In this document: positions 36,440 through 48,764 of the stretch, piece after piece
Layout: the number at the start of each line of letters is the position of its first letter
Numbering within the stretch: position 1 is the first letter of the stretch
Origin: Octopus sinensis
Lineage: Eukaryota
NCBI RefSeq assembly: GCF_006345805.1
Contig: NC_043002.1
Coordinates: 42,594,001 to 42,658,000 of the forward strand
Length of the DNA stretch: 64,000 bases
Reading direction: 5' to 3'
Program-made: the position numbers and the translations under genes
Notes under the pieces: generated by a model
What the model saw: the letters and a program-made list of their open reading frames with translations, nothing else
Databases searched by the model: none
What the model was told of the DNA's origin: nothing

Positions 36440-37250
36440 CTGACATCTCATTTTAAGAGACATATTCACCAAAATTACATAAAAATATCTTGAAATACTA
36501 AAGAGTAAATTCATTCAATAAAATCACCATTGGCTTCAATCACAGCCTCCAGACAACTTTGGAGTTTCTTGCAATGCTTTTGGATGATCTTCTTGTCTAA
36601 GTTGGTGAATGATCCATAATCCCTGCCTTCAGTTCATCTTTGGTGTTACAAGGAGTTTCGTTGGTTTCTTGCTCAACTGTGCCCTACAAATAATAATCAA
36701 AGGAGGTTGCAGTGTGGGGAGTTAGGTGTGATGTGGTCACAGAAATTGCCTGACAGCCATGACTGGGCTCTCCTACTTGTATGGCATGGTGCAGAGTCCT
36801 GTTACCAGACATAGGGTCTTCCAGCAGTCACCTTCTTGACCCAGGGCAGCAATACCTCCTCCAGGCACTTGATGTAGGCCTCCATGTTGAGTCTGAGGCC
36901 ATGTGTGAAAATGAATGGAAGCATAAAGTTGTCATTACTAGTGATCACTCCAAACACCATGATGTTGACTGAATGTTTTATTTTTATCACTCTTTGTACA
37001 TGCACTGTCCTCAGATTGACACTCAAATACTCTGAAATGTTTGTATAGGAGCTTCCAGTGTGAATAGCAAGTGGTACAGCATGTTTCCAAATTTCTGGCA
37101 GGAGGAATTGTGTCTTGGTGCTGTTTTTCTCGCAGATGGTGCCCAACTAACCCTACTATACTGTGTAGTCAAGAGAATCAAAAACAAACAATGCACAAGC
37201 ATAAAATTAAATATATAAAATGATGACAATTTACCTATCATATCCTGTAT
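36440..37250 (-). mobile_element. Internally deleted maT (DD37D) Tc1/mariner element
   Basis: IKHSVNIMVFGVITSNDNFMLPFIFTHGLRLNMEAYIKCLEEVLLPW, same family as 43045-44262. Confidence 0.8.
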
Positions 37251-40200
37251 ATATATATATAATTTGCAATAAGCTGTTGCTCACCAGCCAATATTTGCAG
37301 TAGTCAGAAACAGAAACTGTATCTTGATTCAATAATAAATTTTGATTGAGACAATTCAGAACTCAAGCCCAAATTTCTAGTGTAACTTCTAGTTACCATT
37401 TCCTGATTCTCTGGTTCATTTTTTGATGATTTCCTATGTTTGTATAGCTCAGATGAATGCATATTGTGAAAGAAATGCTTTACACTCCTTCCTACTGCTA
37501 AGTCTTGTTTCTCAAGTGAGTTTTTCACTCCACACATTTTCAAAAGCACAAAGCTACAAATAATTTGTTGGCTGGGAAATGATACTGGAGAGCATCAACT
37601 GTGGCTCATTTGATCAAAGAATGTAAACATTCTCATACGCATGTATATTTTATTTATATTGTTTATTGAAGCTAAATGCATATCTTGTCACACAGGTTTC
37701 ACACCACTGCAATCTTCAGACCAGGACTATCATAACTTGGTTTTTGGGTGTATGTTTATATTTATTAGTGTGGTCTCTTGTGCTCGTTCATTGGTTTACA
37801 TTTAGCTGATTGGCTGAAATTTTCCTGCTTCTTTATTGGTTGCTTTAAGGCATGGTACTTATATTTCTTGTGTGTTGATTTTTTTTAAATTTCTTAATCC
37901 ATTATCGATTTATCTGTTAATTTGATTAAGGCTGTTATTTTGTCAAGTTTGTTTTGGTAGGATTTATAAATCGTCCCCATTCACCCATCTCTCTTCTCTG
38001 TATACTCCTGCAACACCTACTCATACTTCATGTCTCCTTTCCTATTCACCAAGTACCTTGAGCTGCCACTTCATTACCATTATTCTATTTCCAGCTCTAC
38101 TCAATCCATCAAACACTGTCTTTTAAATATGAGTAGTTATATAACCCTTGCACAGTATGTAACCTGCTTCTCCCTTCCATTATACTTTAACATATCATCT
38201 CCCAGCATAACCACCAACTATTGTATTCATAGTCTTGTATGAGCTGTATTTCTACTTCACTAGTGCAGATAGCATGAAAAATGCACCCAGTACATGTTGT
38301 AAAGTGGTTGGTGTTAGGAAAGGCATCCAGCCATAGTATTCATACTAAAGCAGACAAAGGGGCATGAATCAGTCCTTGGACCCATCAGATCCTGTCAAAT
38401 CATCCAACCCATGCCAGTATGGAACATGGAGTGCAACATAGAAGACACTTGTCCAAGGTGCTGCACAGGCAAAAATGCTGTAAGTTGAAAAACCTCTTAA
38501 TAATGGTGCAATGTTCATGTTCTTTGCAGGGAGCTGTGCAGCTCTTTACAGCAAGGTGATTATCTCCAGCAGGATTTAAGTTGTTCAGATCATGGACACA
38601 GCACAATGTTAGGGTATGAATTATTGTTGACTATTTGATCAGCAGTTCAAAATTTTTGAGGCTAGTATTGTTTAACTCTGTGAAACCAGTAGAGTATTTA
38701 AAAATTGTTTATTAGTAAATATTGTTCTTTAAAAGTCAATAAATACTTGAAGAAATGATTGAATAGTGTGCAGTACTGCATTGGACTAACTTGATTGAGA
38801 TAACACAATCATAATCTTTCAAATTGTATAAGATATTACAACCAATGTCAACTAGTTTGTTTACTGTAAAATATCTTTCTAAATTTCTCTTGAATTTTTG
38901 ATTTCAGATTAGTAGCCAACACACTACAGGAAATGTTTCTCTACTTACATAGTCACTTAGTAACATGATACAAACATATGGCTTAACTGTTGGATACAAT
39001 TATTTCTCAGTGTCTCTTATCACATAAAACCTGATCACTTCAAGTTATCAGGTATTTCATGTATACAGAAAAGCTATTCTAATTTATTGCACTTAGTATC
39101 AACATGATCACAACCACTAACACATCCATTACTAATTAAGAAATAGTAGTTAAATCTCCCCCAAATAATACCTTATCATCTTAAATATGGATGTATTGGA
39201 ATTAGATTTTGAGAAAAATGAGATGGCCACAGTAGGAACTTCTTTGATCACAATTCTGTTCAATCAAGACTGACATTAACCTCAACACATGCATCACGTA
39301 GATAATATCTTGTAGTATAATCTACATAACTATGCTAGCTTCAGTTAATTTTGAAAGAAAGTATATATATATATATTATCCTAATGTTTTTTCTTTAAGC
39401 TTTCAGCAAAAAGATGTGTAACACAAAGAAATAAATTTATGTTATCTTAATTACATAAATTATATTCACTATGGGCCGAGGTGATGATTCATCAGATGGT
39501 TGCATAAACAACCATGAACATCAGGAAAAATAATTCTCAACATTGTCAAGTCTAGGTAAGTGGTCCTTAATAGGAATCCATATGAGAATTTTTGTGGTCC
39601 ATGCAAGCAAAGTAGTAAACTGGGGATCTACAGTAGTATTTTAAGGGCCCATGAAAAGAAAACAAAAACAATATTTCCTTTAGATGTGTTTCTTGCAAGA
39701 AACAGCTCGATTTCTTTTTCTAATGTTTAACATGTTTCTGGCAACTGAAACTTGTTCTCTCAGAGAGTACTATTGCAAAACCTATACAAGTGAATATGAG
39801 AAAAAAAACTAGCTTTTAGACACTGAATAGCTATGGTGGCTCACCAAAATAAAATTGCAATTGAAGGGTCCATAGGTAAAAAATGGTTGTGAATCATTGG
39901 TCTAGGTGGGAATTTCACTATTTCTGCAATCTATTTCAGCCACTTTGTTATGAAATCAACAAACCATTTTCAGCTGTGATTATTAAATAGATTAATGAAT
40001 TTTCACCAAATGAATGGCATGCATTTAGACAAAAATTTGATGAAAATTGGATAGCTTTCTCTATGAACATGTTACCTGCAGATGACATCTTAGTTTTCAG
40101 CTACATATACAGCAATAATGATTGGTTAATATATTATATTAATGTTTGTTTTTATGTCAAGTTTTAATACAAAACAATTTTACATAAAACTGAAGGATTG

Positions 40201-41609
40201 ACAGCGACTTCAAAGTTTTTGCCTGATAAGCCATTGCCAAATACCACAGTCTGACAATATCTTAGCAGGCTGAACTTCAAAGTCATTACTATTCTTGTTA
40301 AAGAATAATATATATATATATATATATATAGGGATGGTATTATTAAAATACCATCACAAGTGGTAAGCGAATTATCAGCCATACAGGCAACTTAATAAAA
40401 TATATACATACAATATTAGATATGTACATATATACACAAGGGTACTACATGAGTACCTATATCGCTAATGATAGAAGACAAAAAATACTATATATATATA
40501 TATATATCACCATCATCATTTAGTATCTGCTTTCTATGCTGGCATGTGTTAAACGATTTGATTGGAACTGGCAAGTGGGGAAGCTGCACCAAGTTCCAGT
40601 CTGATTTGGCATGGTTTCTATGGTTGGATGCCCTTCCTAACACCTATATATTTCATGAATTATGAATTGAAGTCATACCCTAATATTGTGGTGTGGAACT
40701 ACAAGTTAATGTTGGATATACAGGAGCAGATATGAATTCTTTACATTTTAACAATATTACCCATGATGAAGAGTATCTGGCAGTTGATGCAGAATAATAA
40801 TAATAATGAAATTATTCTTCCTTACCCTAGTGCTGAAAAAATACCAATAAACCAGTTTTTATATCTTAATATTTTAGCCTTCAATGAGTTCAATAAAAAG
40901 TGATGGTGCTCACTTCATATTCTCTTATTTAGGCAAAGACTAGAAGAATGCAATGAGTGGAATGAATATGTTGGTTGCCTTAAGCATTTAAATTAGCCAT
41001 ATCTGGCCAAAATAGTCAACCTGTTCTATACCCAAATCGCCCAGATCTGGCCTTTCACGCCTACCTTGCAATATCATTCTAAAATTAAACAATCACATCA
41101 CTGAAATGTCAAAGCTATGAGATAATGTGAGAGTAATTTAAAACAACGAGATTAAATAAGCATTACATTTGACAGAGTAATATGGATGCTAAAAGGTTAA
41201 CAGGTATACACACACACAACTTAGAACTCAGAGAAAAATACTTGAAAATTTTCATGTTCAGTGTGAATGTATCTTAACTACTAACCTGAAAGTTTCATCC
41301 AAGAAAAGCAAGTCAGCTTGACAGGAACATACTATTAATTTGAACAAAATTATGTCACACAGGTCAGATGCTGCCTGCAGTTGCAAGCTTGTCACCCAAT
41401 GATACCTAGACAGATCAGGCCAGTAAAGATATATGTTTCATGGCTATAGACGCAACACAGCATAAGCTGCAGGTAATGAACGTGAAGTTTTTTTGCATAG
41501 CAGTTGAATGCTATGCTGATTAGCAGATGGAGTTTCCCAAATTCATAGACACCTAATAAGCAGTATTGTAGATATGAAAATTCACTTTTGAAGTTAATCT
41601 AATTCACTG

Positions 41610-42060
41610 TGATTTGTAATATTAATTTCAAATTTTGGTACAAGGCCAGAAATTTGGTGGTGGTGGTGAGGATGGGGAAGGAGTCGATTTCATTGAACCC
41701 CCAGTTCTCACTGGTATTTATTTTATCAACTTTGAAAGGATGAAAGGCAATATCAACCTCAGCATAATCAAATTTGCGGATGAAATGCTGCTAAGTATTC
41801 TGCTTGGCATCCTAATGATTCTACCAGCTCCCACCTTACTGTGATTAGTAATATTAATATGTACCTTAAGGAGGCAAGCTGGCAGAGTTGTTAGCATGCA
41901 GGGTGAAATACTAAATGGCATTTAGTCCATCTTTACATTCTGGGTTCATCTTTTTTGGGGGTCAATAAAATAAGGACCAGTTGAGTACTGGGGTGCAGGT
42001 AATTAACTTACTCACTCCCCCTAAACTGCTGACCTTGTGCCAAATTTTGAAACCAATATC
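41610..42060. mobile_element. Inverted pair of Meta-like SINE copies
   Basis: Minus copy (GAAAGGATGAAAGGCAA..; tail TTTCAAATTTTGGTACAAGGCCAG) faces a plus copy ending GACCTTGTGCCAAATTTTGAAA. Confidence 0.55.
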
Positions 42061-42085
42061 AATTTCGACCTTGGAAATATTGTAA

Positions 42086-42255
42086 AAGGTGTGAAGGCAT
42101 GTAGCCTGGTAATTAAGGTGTTGCACTCATGATCACAAGATTATGGTTTCGATTACCAGACGGTGTTCTTGAACAACCTGTCTGGTAATTGAAACCATAA
42201 TCTTGTGATCATGAGTGCAACACCTTAATTACCAGGCTACATGCCTTCACACCTT
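42086..42255. repeat. 170-bp near-perfect palindrome of a family-B SINE head
   Basis: AAGGTGTGAAGGCATGTAGCCTGG..ACCAGAC and its exact reverse complement, apart from one substitution and small indels near the centre. Confidence 0.95.
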
Positions 42256-43044
42256 CGTTTCATGTTGCTTCTGTCAACACTGCTGCAAACAGGTAACCCT
42301 GTGATTAACTGGCATTCCATTCAGGGTTAATTCAGTTTGCCCATCTAGCCACCAGGTTGGCAATATTGGAAAGTTACAATGCAGGGAAGTGCATTACAAC
42401 TGGCAGTGAATAACATCACAGTCTGGTTGATAGTTATAAAGGTTAAAAAAGAAAAATTTATGGAGTAGTTTTTCGGAATGTAATATTCATTACGTTTGGG
42501 AAGGATCAAATATAATGAGTTCCAATAGGTGTTATAGTACCTGCAAATTTTAAAGAGCAAAATGCCATGGAAAAGGTGGACAACACAGCAATGGATTAGG
42601 TATTGATGTTTTCCACCAAGTGTTAGGCTTATTAATAGGGCAGATGGATTTCTTCTGTTAATGACTAAAGGTAGGGTACTCCCATTATTTCAGTGGTACT
42701 TACTCTCCAGCAGAGATATATGAAGTATTGACTAACAAGACATCTGAAATTTGCTGCAAGAATCCTACTTCTGGGTAGGACATTTCCATATTCCTTCAGT
42801 TATCAAAGAATTATGGTTTAGTTTCTCTGAAAAATTTTGCTGGCAAAAGGAATAGAACTTAAATCTTTTTTTCAGAAGAGTTGAATATTTTTAGTTTTGA
42901 AGAGGTTAAATAATATTGAATCATTCCAATCTTATCATCTTCATATTGTAAAGCTTAAAATAAAATTTACAAAACGTGTATGGATTATTGCCCTTGGTCT
43001 TCGGTTTATATTGCTCTGCTTATATATACATACGTACATACATA

Positions 43045-44262
43045 CAGGGTGCATTGGGTAAATTGTCGTCATTTTATATTTTTAATTTTGCTCATGTGCA
43101 TTGTTTTTGATTTTGTTGACTACACAGTATAGCAGGGTCAGTTGGGCAACATCTGTGAGAAAAACAGCACCAAGATGCAATTCACTCTGCTAGAAATTTG
43201 GAAACATGCTGTACTGCTTGGCATTCCCACTAGAAGCTCCAATATAAACATTGCAGATTAGGAAAGAGTTGGATGAGTTTAATGATAATTGCGAAGGTAT
43301 GGCAGTTCAGAAAACTCACTGTGATCCTTCTGATAAGAAAAGAACACCTGGATTTGTTGGTGAGATCCAGGCCATGATTGACAATGATCCCTCCAAGTCA
43401 ATCAGGTCCAACGTCAGGGACATGGCAGTGCATGAGACATTTGGTATTCCTCATACAAGATGAGAAAGTGCCAATTTTTACACCAAGCCATCAAGGACAA
43501 GGGAAAAGACAGTGCTATGAAGCTTTTGAACTCAAGCATCCCTTCCAACCGAACTTGCTTTCATTTTTCTCAGATGAAAAAAATTTCTGCCAGGATCAGT
43601 TGAACATACAGAGCAACCATTGACTTGCCATGTCTCCAAAACATGTACCAAGAGTGATAAAAACCAAACATCCAGTCAACATCATGATGTTTGGAGTGAT
43701 CACTAGTGATGGCAACATTACGCCTCCATTCATCTTCCCACACAGCCACAGACTCAACATGGAGGCCTACATCAAGTGCTTGGAGGAGGTAGTGCTGCCC
43801 TGGGGCAAGAGGGTAGCTGCTGGAAGACCCTATGTCTGGCAACAGGACTCTGCACCATGCCACACAAGCAGTATAACCTAGTCATGGCTGTCGGATAATT
43901 TCTGTGATCACATCACCCTTAACATCTGGCCACCTAACTCCCCACACTGCAACCCCCTCGATTATTATGCGAGGCGCAGTTGAACAACAAACCAACAAAA
44001 CTCCTTGTAACACCAAAGATGAACTGAAGGCAAGGATTATGGCATCATTCACCAACTTAAACAAGGAGACCATCCAGAAGAGTTGCAAGAGATTCCAAAG
44101 TTGTCTGGAGGCTGTGGTTGAAGCCATTGGCAATTTTATTGAACAAATTTACTCTTTAGTATTTCAAAATATTTTTATGTAGGTTTGGTGAATATATATT
44201 AAAATGAGATGTTACTTTCATTTTTGCATAACTCAGACCGTCAATTTATTTACCACACCCTG
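43045..44262 (+). mobile_element. maT (DD37D) Tc1/mariner element, near full length, inactivated
   Basis: FFSDEKNF, WQQDSAPCH..(37 aa)..NPLDY. TA|CAGGGTG .. CACCCTG|TA ends. Stops and frameshifts. Confidence 0.85.
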
Positions 44263-47200
44263 TATATATGTATACACACACACACACCAAATGCAAAGAT
44301 TATCTCTATCCACCATACTATTACGGTTTCGGTACATCCTGGTTAGTTGCTGAACCCTTGACCTTGTATAAATTTCTTTTGCATGATATACTTTAGACCC
44401 ACCATATGGTTGGTATATTTGTAGACAACTCAGATGCAATGTATAAATATAAAACATAATATTATCTTTTTGTGGAATGTAGTTTCAACCCGTGGAGCTC
44501 TGGGTTATGGGGCCCAGCACACCTCCATGTGTCACTCTGCTCAACAAGTGATTAAACAAATATAAGGGATGATGAAAAGTTCTTGGCTTTAAGGGTGTTG
44601 TGAAAGGCCTGGTGAGAGGCCCAATCTCCTGAGTTCTTTTACAAGGCTTAGAAAAACTGAAGGATCACTGCAATAAGTGTGTGAATCCGAGAAGGGAAAT
44701 ATGTTGAATAAAATCATAATTGACTGATCTTCCTGTATTTTCTTTTGCCTAAAGCCAGGAACTTTTCAGCACCCCCTTGTATAATGTATTATTTCTTATG
44801 TTGTCTGTGCTTGGTTACATTATTTCTATTACATCAACATGTGGTTTATTTCTAAGCATTTGATTGTTTCACGTGTATGGAATATAGAACCTGCACAATA
44901 TATGCTGCAGCTTAAGGGATGTTAATTTACTTACTGAAAGGCTGCTTTTTCACTGCCAATCTTCTGAGAGTCATCTGAAGAATCTCATGTTTAGATCCGT
45001 GTCGAAAATTTGTTTTGATTTCTCTTCATTAGTCATTTCCAGATCAACCAAAAGCAAATAAATTCTATAAACATTTCCTAAACACAGCACAGAAAGTGAG
45101 CTTGCTAGTAATATACAGAAACATTTAGGTACAGCATGATTCCAGTGGCCCACTGGTGGGCTACATCAAAGTTTTGGTGTTCCATGGTAAGTTTTGTTCT
45201 TCTGTTGCATGGTGAGATTAAAAGTAAATCTACATTTGATGGTCCATGAAGTTTATGTCAAATTTTTTTGCCTAATTTCTGAAAAAGATTGTACATTGCT
45301 GAAGTACGAATACAGATGTTTATGAGTAATTGAATATACAGAATCATTTCCTTTTAGTCTGGTTGTAAAACTAGGCTCTAATTGTTTTTTTTTTTCAGTA
45401 GCTTTGAATGAGGATTGAACAAGTTTTGTTGCTTAACTCTATCACATTCACATTATCATTTTACCTCAAGATGTTGAAAAACTAATGGAAAAATTACTTA
45501 TTAAAATGTAGAACACACTTACAGTACAATATGGGTTGTCAATAAGTAGATAAATTGGGAGATAAGCAAGCAAATTCTATTAGTTCAATCCTTATTCCAA
45601 GTTGCTGAAAAGGTACATCTACAGAACCTAATTTTAGCAACACAATGTGTGTATGTGTGTGTAAATATATATATAAAATCATCACCATCATTGTTTGAAT
45701 GTTCACCTTTCCATACTTGTATGGGTCTGATCGAATTCATTAAGGTAAATTTTCTATGGCTGGTTGCCCTTCCTGTGGCCAACCTTCACCTGTTTCAAAG
45801 CAAGGCAGTATTTCTTCATGGCTGGACATGTTTTTTTATGGAAGTCTAGAAACAGATAGCAATTCTTACCTGAGAGATAGTGACACTCATTTATAACCAC
45901 CATATGATGTTAAAACATAAATATAGAATAAACTTTCAGTTTCAGTTTACCAAATCCATTTACAAAGGTTTGGTTGGCACAAAGCTATAAAAGAAGTTAT
46001 TTGTCCAAAGTGCTACAAAGTGGGACTGAACTCAAAACCATTTGGTTGGGAGGTAAATTTCTAAACCATACAACCATGCTGCACCTGTCATGATCACCAT
46101 TTAATGGGTTTACCATGCTGGCATAGTTGGATGGTTTGACAGGAGCTGGTGAGCCCAAAGGTCTGCAACATGCACCAATGTCTTCATCCCTAACACCAAC
46201 AACTTAAGAGATTGTACTGAGTGGTTTTTATGTGGCGCCAGCACCACTGAGGTCACTAAGTAACTCACAACACAAACCCTGCCTCATATTTATTCATAAT
46301 CTATTATATTTAAATAAGTAATCTACTATTGTTTGGCATCTTGTAAAAAGAGTGGTTAGAAAATCTCAGGTTGCTGAAAAAAGGCCCTAATTTCAAAGAG
46401 AGATAAAATATATATGGATATGGCTCAGTATAACTAGGCAGTTAAGTTTGCTTTGCAACTATGTGTTCTTAGGTTCAGTCTCACTGTATGGCACCTTGGA
46501 CCAATGTTTCCTACTATTGCCTCACTCAAAGCAATGTCTTGTGAATGAAATAAGTAGATGGAAACCACATGAAGTCTGTCATATGTATGCCTATATAAGA
46601 ACGTGTATATGTGTGAAAGATGTAATTTTTTGAAAAAAGGTAATCTGAATGAAGAGCAAAGTAAAAAAGTGTTGCATGTTTACATTCCCAGAGAACATTG
46701 TTCAGTGCTTCCTAAACTGTAAATCAGGAACAAATTGGTAACAAGAAGAGCACCTAGCAGTAAATATATAGCATTGTATAAGAACCTGTCCAAAATATAC
46801 TAGCAAAGAAAACAAATGTAAAACAAATGAAGCAAACTAGAATGTTAATCAAGCTGTGATTTTCATGGCTGCATGGTTAAGATTCTTGCTTTGTGACCAC
46901 ATGGTCATGTGTGTCTTTCACTATAGCACCAGGTAAACTAATGCCTTGTGAGTGAATCTGGTAGACGGAAACTGCAGGGAAGTTTGTTATGTGCGTGTGT
47001 CTGCATTTGGCCCCCACAAAACTTAACCAATGTTGGTTTGATTGCATCCCCATAATTTGGCCAAAGAGATTGACAGAATAAGTACCAAACTTAAAAATAT
47101 GTACTGGTGTACACTTGTTTGACTAAATCCTTCCAGGAGGTACCCCAGCATGGTCACAGTCCAATGACTGAAATAAGTAAAAGATAAAAGAGATGTCATT

Positions 47201-47444
47201 TCTTTCTTTTTTTTTTAAAGTTAAGGTTACATAACTTTTGACCAGAAAAATCCTGACTTGCCATAGTGAATATAGGCCTCAGAACATTTAATTAAGCCTG
47301 TCAGAGTTTGATTTTTCTTCCACTATTTGAAAGAGAAATATGCAATAATAAGCTCAGGGAAATTCAATTATGTGTACTAGACTCGTATGAAAATTAGCCT
47401 TCTACTAAATCAGGTTAAATAATTATCATTAACAGCAAATCTAC

Positions 47445-47485
<41 letters not shown>

Positions 47486-47517
47486 GACAAAGAAATAAAT
47501 GATATGAATGATTATCT

Positions 47518-47590
47518 TACAGCTGTTTCTGCTATAAGATGTAGTGGACTCATAGTTGAATGCCTGAGTGACACCTCACAGCTTCATCAG
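47518..47590 (-). ncRNA. Minimal type I hammerhead ribozyme core (Penelope-associated type)
   Basis: CUGAUGA-A-GCUGUGAG..CUUAUAGC-A-GAAAC-AGCU-GUA. Stem II has 8 bp with G-U pairs; stem III is palindromic ACAGCUGU; GUA triplet. Stem I is largely decayed. Confidence 0.6.
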
Positions 47591-47790
47591 AGCCTTGAAT
47601 AGCAACCGTAAGCTAATGAAGTTCATAAGATGATTGTTTATTCCTTTGTCATCTCATTTTCTTATTACTGCTGTGTACTCAACTAATGCGTCATTCTACA
47701 CTAGATGATTAGTCTTGCAATGCATAAGCAAAATTATATATATATATACATATATATATTGGAAGGTTTGGAGATGATGTACAGGTATTT

Positions 47791-48335
47791 TATATTAGAA
47801 GAAATGAGGTACTCAGAAATTCGGATGGTTTTATATTTTCAGATATTTATTTGTATATTTCATGTTTTTATACATCATATAACTTAGATCATGTATTAGC
47901 ACTTTCTCCCATTCTAGTGGGGTTTTCAAATGGAACTAAGTTCGTGTGTGAAAAGTTTTGACCATTTTATAGTATTATTGAGTGTGTAGTGGTGGGGAGG
48001 GATATAAGACAGTACAAGAGGGTGATGGATGAGGAGAAAGTGAGAGAGCGTGTGTGTGTGTGTTTTTGTATTAAAGAAAAAGAGGAGAAGAGAGAGGGAA
48101 GAAGAAAAAAATTTTTTTTTTTGTTCTGCTGGACCACTACACATTCAATAACACTATAAAATGGTCAAAACTTTTTACACACGAACTTAGTTCCATTTGA
48201 AAACCCCACTAGAATGGGAGAAAGCGCTAATACATGATCTAAGTTATATGATGTATAAAAACATGAAATATACAAATAAATATCTGTAAATATAAAACCA
48301 TCCGAATTTCTGAGTACCTCATTTCTTCTAATATA
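47791..48335. repeat. Inverted repeat: two 203-bp arms (47791-47993, 48133-48335) around a 139-bp purine-rich spacer
   Basis: Arms are reverse complements with about 5 mismatches counted by eye. Confidence 0.92.
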
Positions 48336-48359
48336 TATCTATAAAATCAAAAATGTGTA

Positions 48360-48715
48360 CTGTTTCCTTATTTCAGGTATGCTGTTTTGCTTTTCATTTG
48401 TTTCACGACCATGGCTTGAAGGGTTTTAATCAAACTGACCCAGGAGACTTATTTTTAAACCTAGTACTTATTCTAGCAGTCTCTTATGCTGAACTGCTAT
48501 ATTACAAGGATGTAAGCAAACCAACACTGGTTGTCAAGGAGTGGCAGGGGACAAACACAGAGAAGCACAGACACACATTGATGGGCTTCTTTCAGTTTTC
48601 ATCAACCAAATTCACTCACAAGTCATCCGCCCAAGGTGTCACATAGTGGGACTGAACTTGGAACTATGTGGTTGGGAAGCAAACTTCTTACCACACAGCC
48701 ATGCTGGTGCCTATG
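48360..48715 (-). mobile_element. Family-A SINE (other decayed copies at ~11465-11640, ~45930-46085, ~46880-47195, ~58805-58950)
   Basis: Consensus blocks and tRNA-like head CTTACCACACAGCC. Confidence 0.75.
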
Positions 48716-48764
48716 CTGCCACACAAATATCTATTAAAGAAAAAAAAAATGAAAGAATAAAAAG

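Noticed and set aside
38900-40960. Several GT-AG micro-exon candidates on both strands
   Set aside because: Stops in all frames or incompatible phases; such sites are expected by chance at this AT content.
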